From positions 416,001-480,000 of the forward strand of contig CAWIAD010000002.1 in the NCBI GenBank assembly GCA_963833985.1: 64,000 nucleotides of DNA, written 5' to 3'. Below are positions 1 to 9,868 of this stretch, piece after piece (within the stretch, counting starts at the first letter, position 1; each line of letters opens with the position of its first letter). This DNA is from an uncultured Planctomycetaceae bacterium (GTDB lineage Bacteria > Planctomycetota > Planctomycetia > Isosphaerales > Isosphaeraceae). Under the pieces are notes generated by a model. The model had not been told where the DNA came from, did no database searches, and worked only from the letters and a program-made list of their open reading frames with translations. Both the position numbers and the translations under genes were made by a program.

Positions 1-825
1 CTTGGCGCGGTTGGCCTGCTCGGCTGCGTCCCGGGCCTGACGCATCGCCTCGGCCTGCGCCAGGGTCTCCTCGGCGCGCTTCTGCTCGGTGATATCCCGG
101 CTGATGCCCAGAAGCCACTGCCGAGATTCGTCGCAGAGCGTGGTGACCAGCAGGAACTCGCAAATCAGGACAGGGCCGGCGCGACTGGGAATGCGCAGCT
201 CGAACCGTGGGGGCGTCTCGCCGCGCATTGCCCGGTCGTGGTAGCCCCGCGCGGATTCCAGGTCTTCAGGAAGGACCAGGTCGGTGAACGAGCGGCCTAT
301 CCACTCGCGCCGGGTCCAGCCGGTGATGGCTTCGAAGGCCGGGCTCAGCGAGACGAGGATGCCCCGGACGTCGATTTCCCAGACGACAACTCCCGTCGAT
401 TCCACGAGGCTGTTGTAGCGGGCCTCGGCTTGCTCCAGTGCCCGGACGGCGCGCCTGCGTTCGCTGACGTCTCGCGCCACGACCAGTCCGACCGGCTCGG
501 GCTCGACGTGCATGCGGCTCACGCTGAGGTTGACCGGCAACGGTCTGCGCCCGGCCCTGCGCAGCAGGTAACCTTCGCGGGAATGGAAGAAACCCGTGCG
601 ATCCAGCGCCAGTGCGAGCCGGTCCAGATCACCCGGGCAGGACTCCTCGAACAGATCACGCAGATTCAAGCCGCAAGCGGCGTGCTTCTCCAGTCCGGTC
701 AGCCGCAAAGCGACAGGGTTCAGATCCAGAACGACCTGCGTCTTGGGGTCGAAGAGGAAGAAGGCGTCGTTGGCCTCGCGAAACAGGCTACGTGCGATCT
801 CGGCATGGCGGTCTTCGACGTTCAT
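1..825 (-). CDS. PAS/PAC-domain sensor protein, probably a histidine kinase (runs off the left edge)
   Basis: Manual translation from ATG at 825: MNVEDRHAEIARSLFREANDAFFLFD...VVARDVSERRRA...SPAFEAITGWTRREWIGRSF...GISRDITEQKRAEE...AAEQANRAK. This gives two PAS/PAC motifs and the coiled linker that usually precedes HisKA. Confidence 0.8.
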   Translation of the reverse strand, partial: MNVEDRHAEIARSLFREANDAFFLFDPKTQVVLDLNPVALRLTGLEKHAACGLNLRDLFEESCPGDLDRLALALDRTGFFHSREGYLLRRAGRRPLPVNLSVSRMHVEPEPVGLVVARDVSERRRAVRALEQAEARYNSLVESTGVVVWEIDVRGILVSLSPAFEAITGWTRREWIGRSFTDLVLPEDLESARGYHDRAMRGETPPRFELRIPSRAGPVLICEFLLVTTLCDESRQWLLGISRDITEQKRAEETLAQAEAMRQARDAAEQANRAK

Positions 826-899
826 GACCTGATCGAGCCTCGGTCAGGATGTTCGATGCGGCACCAGGTCGCCGGCATCTCCTCGCTTGGACAAGAACT

Positions 900-2228
900 T
901 CAATCGATGGGATGGCGGCGCAGCTCCTGCTCGGTCTCGTCGAGAAGCTGAACCTCGGCATCGTGGCGGTTCTTCTTGCTTGCGGCTTCGCCTTCAGGAC
1001 CCGTGGGGCGTCCCTGGCGCTGCCATAGATCATAGGCCCTCTTCCGGACCTCTGCCTCAATCTGCTTTTGCGCCTCCAACCAGTTCGGCAACTGCACCAG
1101 GGCCCCCGCATCGCCGGTGGGACGGCCGGAGTTCACCCAGATCTTGTAGGCCCGGGACTCCGTCAGCCTCTGAAATTCGGGCGATTGCGGGTTCGGTTCC
1201 GCCTCGATGTTCGCGGTTGCTCGCGCGGCCGCAAGCGCGGCCGGCGCCGGCTGAACGCTTGCAGCCCCGGACTGACCCGGATCTCGGGAGCACTGCGCCA
1301 TTGCGGGCGCGTCCTTCACGGATCCGAAACTCACGTAGGCCGCGGCGCTGGCAATCACGACCGAGATGAGCAGGAACCCGGCCACCGCCGCCGTGCCGTT
1401 GAGAAACGTCCGCGGTGACGACTTGAGCGCCTGCTCGAGGGCGGTCAGGAACGCAGCAACGGTGGAGTAGCGGTCGTTGGGCTCCTCGCAGAGCCCGCGC
1501 AAGATGACGGCGTCAAGCTCGCGTGGAAGGTGCCGATTGTGGCGCGACGGCGGCGGGAACTGTCCCAGAGGGCGCCGGCCAGTGAGCAGCTCATACCCCA
1601 GTGCCGCCAGCGAATACTGGTCGGTTCGCTCGTCGATCCTCAGCCCGGATTGCTGCTCAGGCGAGACATAACCGGGAGTTCCCAGGCCCCGCAGGGAGCC
1701 CGTAAGCTGGCCCGCGTTGTCACGCAGGACCGCAAGTCCGAAGTCGCCCACCTTGCAGTCGCTCTCGGTGGGCATGAGGATGTTCTCCGGCTTCAGATCG
1801 CGGTGGATGATGCCTTTGCCATGCAGGAACTCAAGCACCTGGCCGACCTGCACGAGAATGGAACGCACCCGGTCGATAGGCATCGCGTGGCCCCGGATCA
1901 TCCGCTTGCGCAGGTCTCCTGCCTCAATATACTCGGTGACCAGGAATGGTAAGTTGCGGTCCGAGGTCGTGCCGAAATCGAACACGGAGAGGATCTGCGG
2001 GTGAGACACGCTTGCCAGCAGCTCGGCCTCACGAGCGAACATGGCCCGGCAGAGATCGGCGTCCTCTCCCTCCGGTATGGACAGAACTTTGATGCAAACG
2101 AGCCGCTTGAGCGCTTGTTGCCGGGCCAGGTAGACCTTCCCCATGCCCCCTTGCCCGAGCAGCCTCTGCAACTCGTAGCCCGATACTGTCGGGACAGTCT
2201 CGCTGGAGGATCCATGTTTTGAAGACAT
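900..2228 (-). CDS. Ser/Thr protein kinase with a TM helix and two C-terminal DUF2934-like repeats
   Basis: GQGGMGKVY, HRDLKPEN, DFGLA and GTPGYVSPE motifs; hydrophobic segment; repeats RAYKIWVNSGRPTG...WLEAQKQI and RAYDLWQRQGRPTG...DAEVQL. Confidence 0.88.
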   Translation of the reverse strand: MSSKHGSSSETVPTVSGYELQRLLGQGGMGKVYLARQQALKRLVCIKVLSIPEGEDADLCRAMFAREAELLASVSHPQILSVFDFGTTSDRNLPFLVTEYIEAGDLRKRMIRGHAMPIDRVRSILVQVGQVLEFLHGKGIIHRDLKPENILMPTESDCKVGDFGLAVLRDNAGQLTGSLRGLGTPGYVSPEQQSGLRIDERTDQYSLAALGYELLTGRRPLGQFPPPSRHNRHLPRELDAVILRGLCEEPNDRYSTVAAFLTALEQALKSSPRTFLNGTAAVAGFLLISVVIASAAAYVSFGSVKDAPAMAQCSRDPGQSGAASVQPAPAALAAARATANIEAEPNPQSPEFQRLTESRAYKIWVNSGRPTGDAGALVQLPNWLEAQKQIEAEVRKRAYDLWQRQGRPTGPEGEAASKKNRHDAEVQLLDETEQELRRHPID

Positions 2229-2416
2229 GGTATGCCTCCCTTGCGACACACCAGACCTACCACGACTCCCTCATCCCGATCTTTACCTTATCAAGCCGCG
2301 ATTCGTTCCGTAAATGGAACAGACCGTGCGGATTGGGTTTTCATAGACCATGGCGGCGCGTTTGCAGCAATGCGGGTGTGGACCTGAAAAAGTGGAGGAC
2401 GTGGGCCATCAGAGGG

Positions 2417-5400
2417 TCATTCAAAACGCCAGACGCCCCAGCGCCGGGGCTGGAGCCGGGCCTCGCCGGGCAGGTCGCTCACCAGCAGCGAATCGCGGTT
2501 GTTCCAGTAGATGCGCTGCACGGTCTGTCCGCCCTGGCCGCGGAGGATCCCCAGGTCGCCGAGGATTTCCTGGCCCTTCTGAACGTCCAGGCCAAGGCGA
2601 TCGAGCGGAACGCTCAGCTCGAAGTCGCCATCGCGGCTGCCCAGCGTGACGGCCTGGCTGACATCGAGAACCTGGTCGAACGTCTGAGTGCCGATGGGCG
2701 ACTGGTACACGACCTGGTCCGAGGCGGCTACGCCGGAGACACGTGGCCGGTAGATCACGGCGCGCGGCTGGCCGTCAATCCTCGTGACCAGCAAGCGGAG
2801 GTCGCCGGGTCCAGGTTCGGTGCGCCGCGAGTCAGCGCCGCGCTGGCTGCCGATCATCAGGTCGAGCGCCCCCCATGCTTGAACTGGTAGCGCACATCGC
2901 CGCCGGCCGCCGTTTCCAGCAGGCCGGGATCGTCGGTGCGAAAGGCCGCGAACAGCCGGTCGCCGGCAATGCACACTGCCGCGCGGGCACGATCGCCGAT
3001 CGCGGCCCAGGCCGTGTTCTCCGGCCAGTCCTCGAGCCTGCCATCGATGGTGGGAGCCGATCTGGCATCGCGCACCGCGACCGCCAGGTGTTGCTGACCC
3101 TCACTGGGAACAACTTCACGCAGTTGCGCCGAGACCGTCTCGAGGGCCGATTCGCTCAGCTCGAGCTTGCCAAAGGCAACCCGTCGAACCGACTCCAGAC
3201 CCTCCAGGCGCAACAAGCTGGAATGCGCGAACCCGGCCACGAGGATGGTCGTGCCGTCGGCAAGCTGTCCCAGAGTGGGGTGAAAATGTTCTTGCTGGAA
3301 AGAGATCCCGCCGACGATCATGCCACGCTCGGCGTGAGCCGCACGCCAGTACGGCTTGACGCGTGCATCGCCGCCCAGATCCTGGATGGGCAGCCCGTCC
3401 ATCGTGATCAGGAACACCTGGCCCATCTCGCCGCTGAACGCGACGAGTGGCCCGGCCTCACCCGTGCGGGGCGATACGGGCGGGCCCAGCACGCGCGTGA
3501 GCGAGGCGAGCTGGCCTTCGGGGGCGATGAGCCGTTCGGGAACGGAATTGATGCGCCAGCGCCGGCCTCCTTGCAGATCCACTCCCAGCAGGGCTTCGAC
3601 CGAATCGTGACCGTCGCGAGAGGCAAGTGCCCAGCCGCCCGCCACCAGGGGTGAGCGAAGCACCGAGGTATCGCCGACGGTGGTGACAGTTTTCAGGTCA
3701 TAGATTGGAACTCCGTTCGAGTCGATCACGGGCGGCGCGATCTTGATCCCGTACGAGGTTGTCACCGAGAGGTCGGCATGGACCAGCGGCATGAGCCCGA
3801 TGCCGCCGATCGAATCGCTCGGGCCGGGTGGGCGCGTCGATTCCAGCCACTGGACCTCGTCCGGCTGTGCCATCTGGTCGCCGCTCCTGTCGGACCAGAC
3901 GAACACGACGCGGGCGGGGTCCTTGCCTTGCCAGAGGGCGTTGATGGCGTCCCGGTGCTTCCAGGTCCAGCCCCAGAGCGAGTGATTCATGTCGGCCGCG
4001 TTGCCGATCACGGCGACCGGCCGGGCAATGTGGCCGGCGTCCATCCGCCAGAGGGTCGAGCCCCGATCCTGGTTGGCGCGCAGCTGACCGTTATAAGAGT
4101 TCGTCAAATACTGATGATTGCCTACATAGAAGGCGCACTCGGGGGCGGGGCCGGGAAAGGGCTCCGCGAGTCGCTCGGGCCGCCAGAAAATGGCGTGTGG
4201 CCGTGCGCTGCCATGCTCCCAGTCGAGGGCGTACTCGATGCCGCCCCCTTTCTCGTACTCGGCGTAATAGAAACGGGTGCGATCGCGGGGATCGACGGCT
4301 CCGCCTCCGCCGTACTTGGGAGGGCCGTAGAGTGCGCGCCGGAACGCCCCCGTGGCCGGGTCCCAGACACTCAGCCGCTTCGGGAACGTTTCGGCCTCGG
4401 CCACCCAGAGCCGACCGGCATCGTCGAGCGCCAGGCCGGCGGGGTGGCTCATCTTCCGCTCGTCATAGAGGCCAAGCTGCGGGCCGCCGGGCAACCCGAT
4501 GGTTCGGATCCATTTGCCATCACCGGAAAAGATCTTCACCTGGTGGCTCCGGCCCCAGTCCGAGACGAGCAGCCTGCCATCACGGTCGATCTCGATCCGG
4601 CGCGGATCGTCGAGCCCGCCATCGATCAGCGTGACCGGCGCTTCAAGCGCGGGCCGGCCGCCCTGCACATGGAACGCAAACCGCTTGACCTCCTTGCCCG
4701 AGACCAGCAGCAGCCGTCCCTGGGCGTCAAAGGCCAGCCCGTGCGGTTCGGGCACCATTAACTCGCCGATCACCTTGCGGCCGCGTGCGTCCGCAACGAC
4801 CAGCTTGTCAAACTGCGTGAAGCTGAAGACGACGATCCCGTCCCGCACCGCCAGGCCGTTGGTGCCGTAGCTGTCGGCGATGGTCTGGAACCGGCGCGCG
4901 CTGTGCGGGAACGTGATCTTCACGACCGGCTCGACGTCCTGCTCGCCCTCGACATCACGGCGGAAGGCGCGAACCTCGACCGTATCGTTGTCCGGGTCGC
5001 GCTCGCCGGAGGTGAAGACGTAGGCCTGATGAGCGGCGACCGGGTTCGGGCCGTCGTCGCGGGCTAGGAACATCCCACCCCAGAAGCCGGTGTTGAAGCC
5101 AAAAACGCGCCGGCCGTCGCCATCGAGCCAGACGAACTCGTCGCCCGCCTCGCCCGAGCTGGAACAGACGAGCAGGCGCGCGCGGCGGTCTTGCCCGCGG
5201 GAGACCGCGCGCTGCGCGGCAATTCGAGGATATCACCGGGCGGCGTGTGGTCGGCCAGCCAGCCGCCCGAGCGATCGACCGTCTCCCACGGCGGTTGACC
5301 CGGGTTGTTCACCGTGAGCTCGATAGCGCATCACGACGCCGTCATGCACCAGGCCGCGCACCATGTAAGTCCCGGCGCTGACGCGTCGGCGCACCAGTGC

Positions 5401-5724
5401 CCCGGACGCATCGCGCTGGCCCTCGTCATGGCCATCCCACCAGAGCGTATGATGAACGGACGGAAACCGCGTTCCGGAGACAAGTGTTCGCAGCCGGCTA
5501 CCGGCCGCGTCATCGATGACCAGGGTCACGAACGCAGGTCGATCCAGGCTGAACCGCACCGGGATGCCGGCCGGACCTGGCTGTTCCGCGAAGGCCGCCG
5601 TCCGGCTCAAGGCGCTCATGCTCAGCAACACGACCCAACAAAACAGGAACCGGCGTTTCAGGCCTTCATTCTTCGAATCCCGCACGTCTTGCCCCCCCGA
5701 TGCTTGTGCTCGACTCCACATCAT
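2417..5724 (-). CDS. Large secreted NHL/beta-propeller protein with an N-terminal FlgD-like Ig domain and a C-terminal sugar-binding-like (CBM9/DOMON-type) region; split by about 3 frameshifts
   Basis: Consecutive overlapping ORFs 5233-5724, 5064-5312, 2857-5073 and 2417-2974 read as one protein; signal peptide, FSLDRPAFVTLVIDDAAG...WWDG, NHL-like repeats (HPAGLALDDAGRLWVAE), PTIDGRLEDW. Confidence 0.65.
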
Positions 5725-6626
5725 TTCGGCCCCCAGGGCGCGCGGCTGCCGTCGATCGTCGTCTGGCAGTGCAACGGTTCGATGACGCGCGGATCGGAGC
5801 CGTCGATCCCCATCACCCAGACCGGCCGCTTGTCGCCGCGCTGCTCCTTGTAAGCCCGCTCGCTGAGCTTACCGTCGCGCCAGTAGATCTCGTCGCAGAG
5901 CCGGAACGAGATCAGCCGGCTGTCGGGCGAGACTGACGGCGAGGTCGCGGCCCGGCCGCCGCCGAAATGGGTGAGCTGGCGTAGATCGCTACCCGCGCGA
6001 TCACACCGAAACAGCTCGAGCGAATCGCCCGCCTTGTCCGCGAAGATGATCCATCGGCCGTCGGGCGACCAGGCCGCGTGAACTCCGGCGAACGGGTTCG
6101 GCCGGGTCGTGAGCGGGCGCTCATTCTTGCCGTCACCGTCAGCCGCGAAGAGACAATGACCGCCTGCCACTTCCCGGGCATAAACCAGCGTCTTGCCGTC
6201 CGGAGAGATGGCCGGATCGATGCCTCCACGCTGAATGAGCTCGAAGCCAGAGCCGTCCGGATGCACGCGGCACATCCGGGGCGGCCCGCCGCCGAAGAGA
6301 CCGAAGTAAATCCAGCGGCCATCGGCTGTCCAACTTTGCATTCCGGCGACCACAGGCGCCTTCTCATGCGTGATCTGGCGCACGTTACGGCCGTCCGCAT
6401 CCATGATGAACAGGTTATGCGTTCCATCCCGGTCCGAGTTGAACGCGATCCAGGAACCGTCTGGCGACCACGAGGGATAACGCTCGCTCGAATGCGGGCT
6501 GCGCGTCAGGTTGCGGGCGTCTCCCGTGACGGGGTCCACGCGGAAGATCTCCGTGTCGCCCGTTCGAAACGTCGCCACCAGAAGACTGAACCCGATGACA
6601 AAGGTCGGTCGCATGAAGAGTCTCAC
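5721..6626 (-). CDS. TolB-like PD40 beta-propeller protein
   Basis: Repeated PSWSPDG/PAISPDG/AWSPDG/PSVSPDS motifs; its stop overlaps the next ATG (ATGA). Confidence 0.85.
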   Translation of the reverse strand: MRLFMRPTFVIGFSLLVATFRTGDTEIFRVDPVTGDARNLTRSPHSSERYPSWSPDGSWIAFNSDRDGTHNLFIMDADGRNVRQITHEKAPVVAGMQSWTADGRWIYFGLFGGGPPRMCRVHPDGSGFELIQRGGIDPAISPDGKTLVYAREVAGGHCLFAADGDGKNERPLTTRPNPFAGVHAAWSPDGRWIIFADKAGDSLELFRCDRAGSDLRQLTHFGGGRAATSPSVSPDSRLISFRLCDEIYWRDGKLSERAYKEQRGDKRPVWVMGIDGSDPRVIEPLHCQTTIDGSRAPWGPK

Positions 6627-6751
6627 TTCCTTGATGATCCGGCCGGCGATCGCGAGACATGCATTTCACCTCGCAGCCTGGTTTCGCGGCCATGTCATAT
6701 CGCGTAAAACTTTTACGTGATCACGACAGTTGCCACAAGAGAAGCCGTACC

Positions 6752-7907
6752 ATGTCCGAGATTTGCCGGATTGGCCTGGTCTTTGGTTTCGGGCTTGGTT
6801 TCTATCGCGATATCCTGCGCGGAATCAAGTTATTCGCCGAAACTCGAACGCACTGGTTGTTCACGCCGATCGCGCCGGAACCGCGGGCGATCCTGTCGCA
6901 CCGCAAGGTTGGCCTCGGCGGACTGATCGCTCATGTGTCGAACGCACCACTGGCGAACGCGCTCGCGCGGCTGGACCTGCCGGTGGTGAATGTCGCGGGT
7001 GTCTTGCCCGGATTGCCGTTTGCGCGCGTGATGGTGGACCATGAAGCGGTGGGCGAGATGGCGGCCCAGCACCTGCTGGATCGAGGCTTGCGCCATTTCG
7101 GCTTCGTCGGCTATCCCGATCATGCATTCTCGGTGGGTCGAGAGCGAGGCTTTCGGCACGAGCTCGAGCGGGCGGGATTTGCGATCTCGAGCTTTCACGC
7201 CCGGGTTCCCTGGCGCCGCGACCCGAGCGGTTTCTGGGCTTCGGACGGCACATTACCGCGCTGGCTCGAATCTCTGCCGCGGCCTCTGGGCATCCTGGCC
7301 AGCCACGATCCGCAGGGGGTCCAGGTCTCGGAGGCGTGCCGGATGGCCGGGCTGAAGGTGCCCGACGACGTGGCCATCGTGGGTGTGGATAATGACGACT
7401 TGCTGTGCGAACTGGCGCGCCCGTCGCTCTCGAGCGTGGCTCTTCCCTCGGAGCAAATCGGAATCGAGGCCGCGGCACTGCTCGAGCGTTTGATCGCGGG
7501 CGACGTTCCCCCCGCAGGGCCGAAACTGCTCCCACCGCAAGGGGTCGTGGTGCGCCAGTCCTCCGATATCCTGGCGATCGCCGATCCGGACGTGGCCGGG
7601 GCGGTCCGGTACATTCGCGATCATCCCAGCAAGCCCATCCGGGTTGCCGATGTCCTGGGCGCGGTTGTGATGTCGCGGCGCGGCCTGGAACGGCGGTTTC
7701 GCAAGGCACTCCGCCGGGGCATCTGGGAAGAGATCCGGCGGACTCACCTGGAACGCGGCAAGATGCTCCTGGCCGGATCGGATCTTCCCATGTCCGAAGT
7801 GGCGCCGCGCCGGGTTTTCCGACAGCCGTCAACTCTCGGTCGTCTTCCGCCAGGAAACCGGACTGACGCCCACGGCCTATCGGCGGCAGTTTCGAGGACA
7901 GGGATAA
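6752..7907 (+). CDS. XylR-type regulator (LacI-like sensor domain plus AraC HTH), frameshifted near 7805
   Basis: VPDDVAIVGVDND, LSSV and SRRGLERRFRKAL; the alternative frame after about 7805 gives the AraC end GFSDSRQLSVVFRQETGLTPTAYRRQF, with stop TAA at 7905-7907. Confidence 0.85.
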
Positions 7908-8718
7908 TCGCCCGGCTTCATTTCATCGGCCGGCTTTCTCGCCCCAGCATCTCGGCCCACTCCAGGTCGGCGGCGACAAGCGGCAAATCGAGCGACCGGG
8001 TGTAGTCGACGAGCAGTTCGTACCGGGCGTCCTCATAGGTCTGGGCAAACAGAGGCTCCAGGGCGAGCGGGATATCCGGGTCGGGGGGCAAGAGCGGAAT
8101 GGGTATGGTCGGCAATGCGCGGCGGATCGACCAGGCGTAGACGTCGCTCTGGGGCCGCCGGTCGGACCGGGAGACCAGAGCATAGTAGTCGGCCGGCGGC
8201 AACGGCTTTTTCATGGGCAACCGGCGCCCGGCAAGCAGGAGATCAATCTCCACGATATGAACCGGCTGCCTGATCCACTGGTTTCTCTTTTCGATGTATT
8301 CCGGTCGTCCCGAGCCGGTCTTGTTCGAGGGCGACAGAAGCTCGATCACGGTCACCAGCGAGCGATCCGGTAGCCTGCGAATCTCGATCCAGCGGTTGCG
8401 GACTTCTTCAAGAGGCTCAGACGCCAGGGGAAGAGTGATCGGTTCGAGAGTCGCGGCAACTCCGCGCTGGCTTGCCTGCCCGGCGGCTCCGGTGTTGCGC
8501 ACGATGCTGACGTCGGGGCGGTAAGTGTCCGTGGATTCCTCCGAAAGATCCACCAGGCTGATGCGCTCTTCGACCAGCGCCGCATAGTGCCTGGGCAACG
8601 TCGCCGTGATGGTCCGGCGACAATACGCCAGGAAGGAAGAGTGAAAATCCTGCCAGTATCCCTGGCTCTCCAGGTAAGGATCCATTCCGGGGAACGGGCT
8701 GGGCATGGCGAAACCTCG
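7867..8718. repeat. Direct repeat copy 1 (852 bp; offset 1022 bp from copy 2)
   Basis: Near-identical to 8889-9740 by direct comparison; includes the last ~41 bp of the xylR-like gene and a whole DUF4058 gene. Confidence 0.95.
7918..8706 (-). CDS. DUF4058 family protein (copy 1)
   Basis: Signature N-terminus MPSPFPGMDPYLE; PDV, VTVIELLSPSNK, VEIDLL. Confidence 0.9.
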   Translation of the reverse strand: MPSPFPGMDPYLESQGYWQDFHSSFLAYCRRTITATLPRHYAALVEERISLVDLSEESTDTYRPDVSIVRNTGAAGQASQRGVAATLEPITLPLASEPLEEVRNRWIEIRRLPDRSLVTVIELLSPSNKTGSGRPEYIEKRNQWIRQPVHIVEIDLLLAGRRLPMKKPLPPADYYALVSRSDRRPQSDVYAWSIRRALPTIPIPLLPPDPDIPLALEPLFAQTYEDARYELLVDYTRSLDLPLVAADLEWAEMLGRESRPMK

Positions 8719-8888
8719 ATGGCAGAAGCTTCGATGATTCCAGCATCCATTTTAAGTCAGATCCCTGAACCATGCCCACTGCTTTGCCACACACCCCGGT
8801 TGTCCGCCGTTCGCCGAGCGGCCTCGGAGAAAGGGTTTTGACCGAGGGGTGCATCTGGGCGACCACGCCGGCCTGGAGACCGGGCCAC

Positions 8889-9740
8889 CGCCCACGGCCT
8901 ATCGGCGGCAGTTTCGAGGACAGGGATAATCGCCCGGCTTCATTTCATCGGCCGGCTTTCTCGCCCCAGCATCTCGGCCCACTCCAGGTCGGCGGCGACA
9001 AGCGGCAAATCGAGCGACCGGGTGTAGTCGACGAGCAGTTCGTACCGGGCGTCCTCATAGGTCTGGGCAAACAGAGGCTCCAGGGCGAGCGGGATATCCG
9101 GGTCGGGGGGCAAGAGCGGAATGGGTATGGTCGGCAATGCGCGGCGGATCGACCAGGCGTAGACGTCGCTCTGGGGCCGCCGGTCGGACCGGGAGACCAG
9201 AGCATAGTAGTCGGCCGGCGGCAACGGCTTTTTCATGGGCAACCGGCGCCCGGCAAGCAGGAGATCAATCTCCACGATATGAACCGGCTGCCTGATCCAC
9301 TGGTTTCTCTTTTCGATGTATTCCGGTCGTCCCGAGCCGGTCTTGTTCGAGGGCGACAGAAGCTCGATCACGGTCACCAGCGAGCGATCCGGTAGCCTGC
9401 GAATCTCGATCCAGCGGTTGCGGACTTCTTCAAGAGGCTCAAGCGCCAGGGGAAGAGTGATCGGTTCGAGAGTCGCGGCAACTCCGCGCTGGCTCGCCTG
9501 CCCGGCGGCTCCGGTGTTGCGCACGATGCTGACGTCGGGGCGGTAAGTGTCCGTGGATTCCTCCGAAAGATCCACCAGGCTGATGCGCTCCTCGATTAGG
9601 GCGGCATAGTTCCTTGACAGGTGGGCATTCAGTTCCCGGCTCATCCAGGCGATCAGCCGGAAATGAGAATCCTGCCAGTATCCCTGGCTCTCCAGGTAAG
9701 GATCCATTCCGGGGAACGGGCTGGGCATGGCGAAACCTCG
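8889..9740. repeat. Direct repeat copy 2
   Basis: Matches 7867-8718 except a patch at 9591-9667 and about 3 other nucleotides. Confidence 0.95.
8940..9728 (-). CDS. DUF4058 family protein (copy 2)
   Basis: Same motifs as copy 1; start placed at MPSPFPGMDP. Confidence 0.9.
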   Translation of the reverse strand: MPSPFPGMDPYLESQGYWQDSHFRLIAWMSRELNAHLSRNYAALIEERISLVDLSEESTDTYRPDVSIVRNTGAAGQASQRGVAATLEPITLPLALEPLEEVRNRWIEIRRLPDRSLVTVIELLSPSNKTGSGRPEYIEKRNQWIRQPVHIVEIDLLLAGRRLPMKKPLPPADYYALVSRSDRRPQSDVYAWSIRRALPTIPIPLLPPDPDIPLALEPLFAQTYEDARYELLVDYTRSLDLPLVAADLEWAEMLGRESRPMK

Positions 9741-9868
9741 CGGGCCGAAGCTGCGGCGACTCCATATCATTCTATCCGATATCCGTACGCAGAGCCCACA
9801 CAGCGGCTGAATGGCCGCGCAGCGTGGCGACTGATTCTCGCCGATGCCACACAGGGCCCGGAACGGCT

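Noticed and set aside
8569..9667. Diversity-generating retroelement TR/VR pair
   Set aside because: Mismatches involve all four bases rather than adenines only, the patch is N-terminal, and there is no reverse transcriptase in the window.
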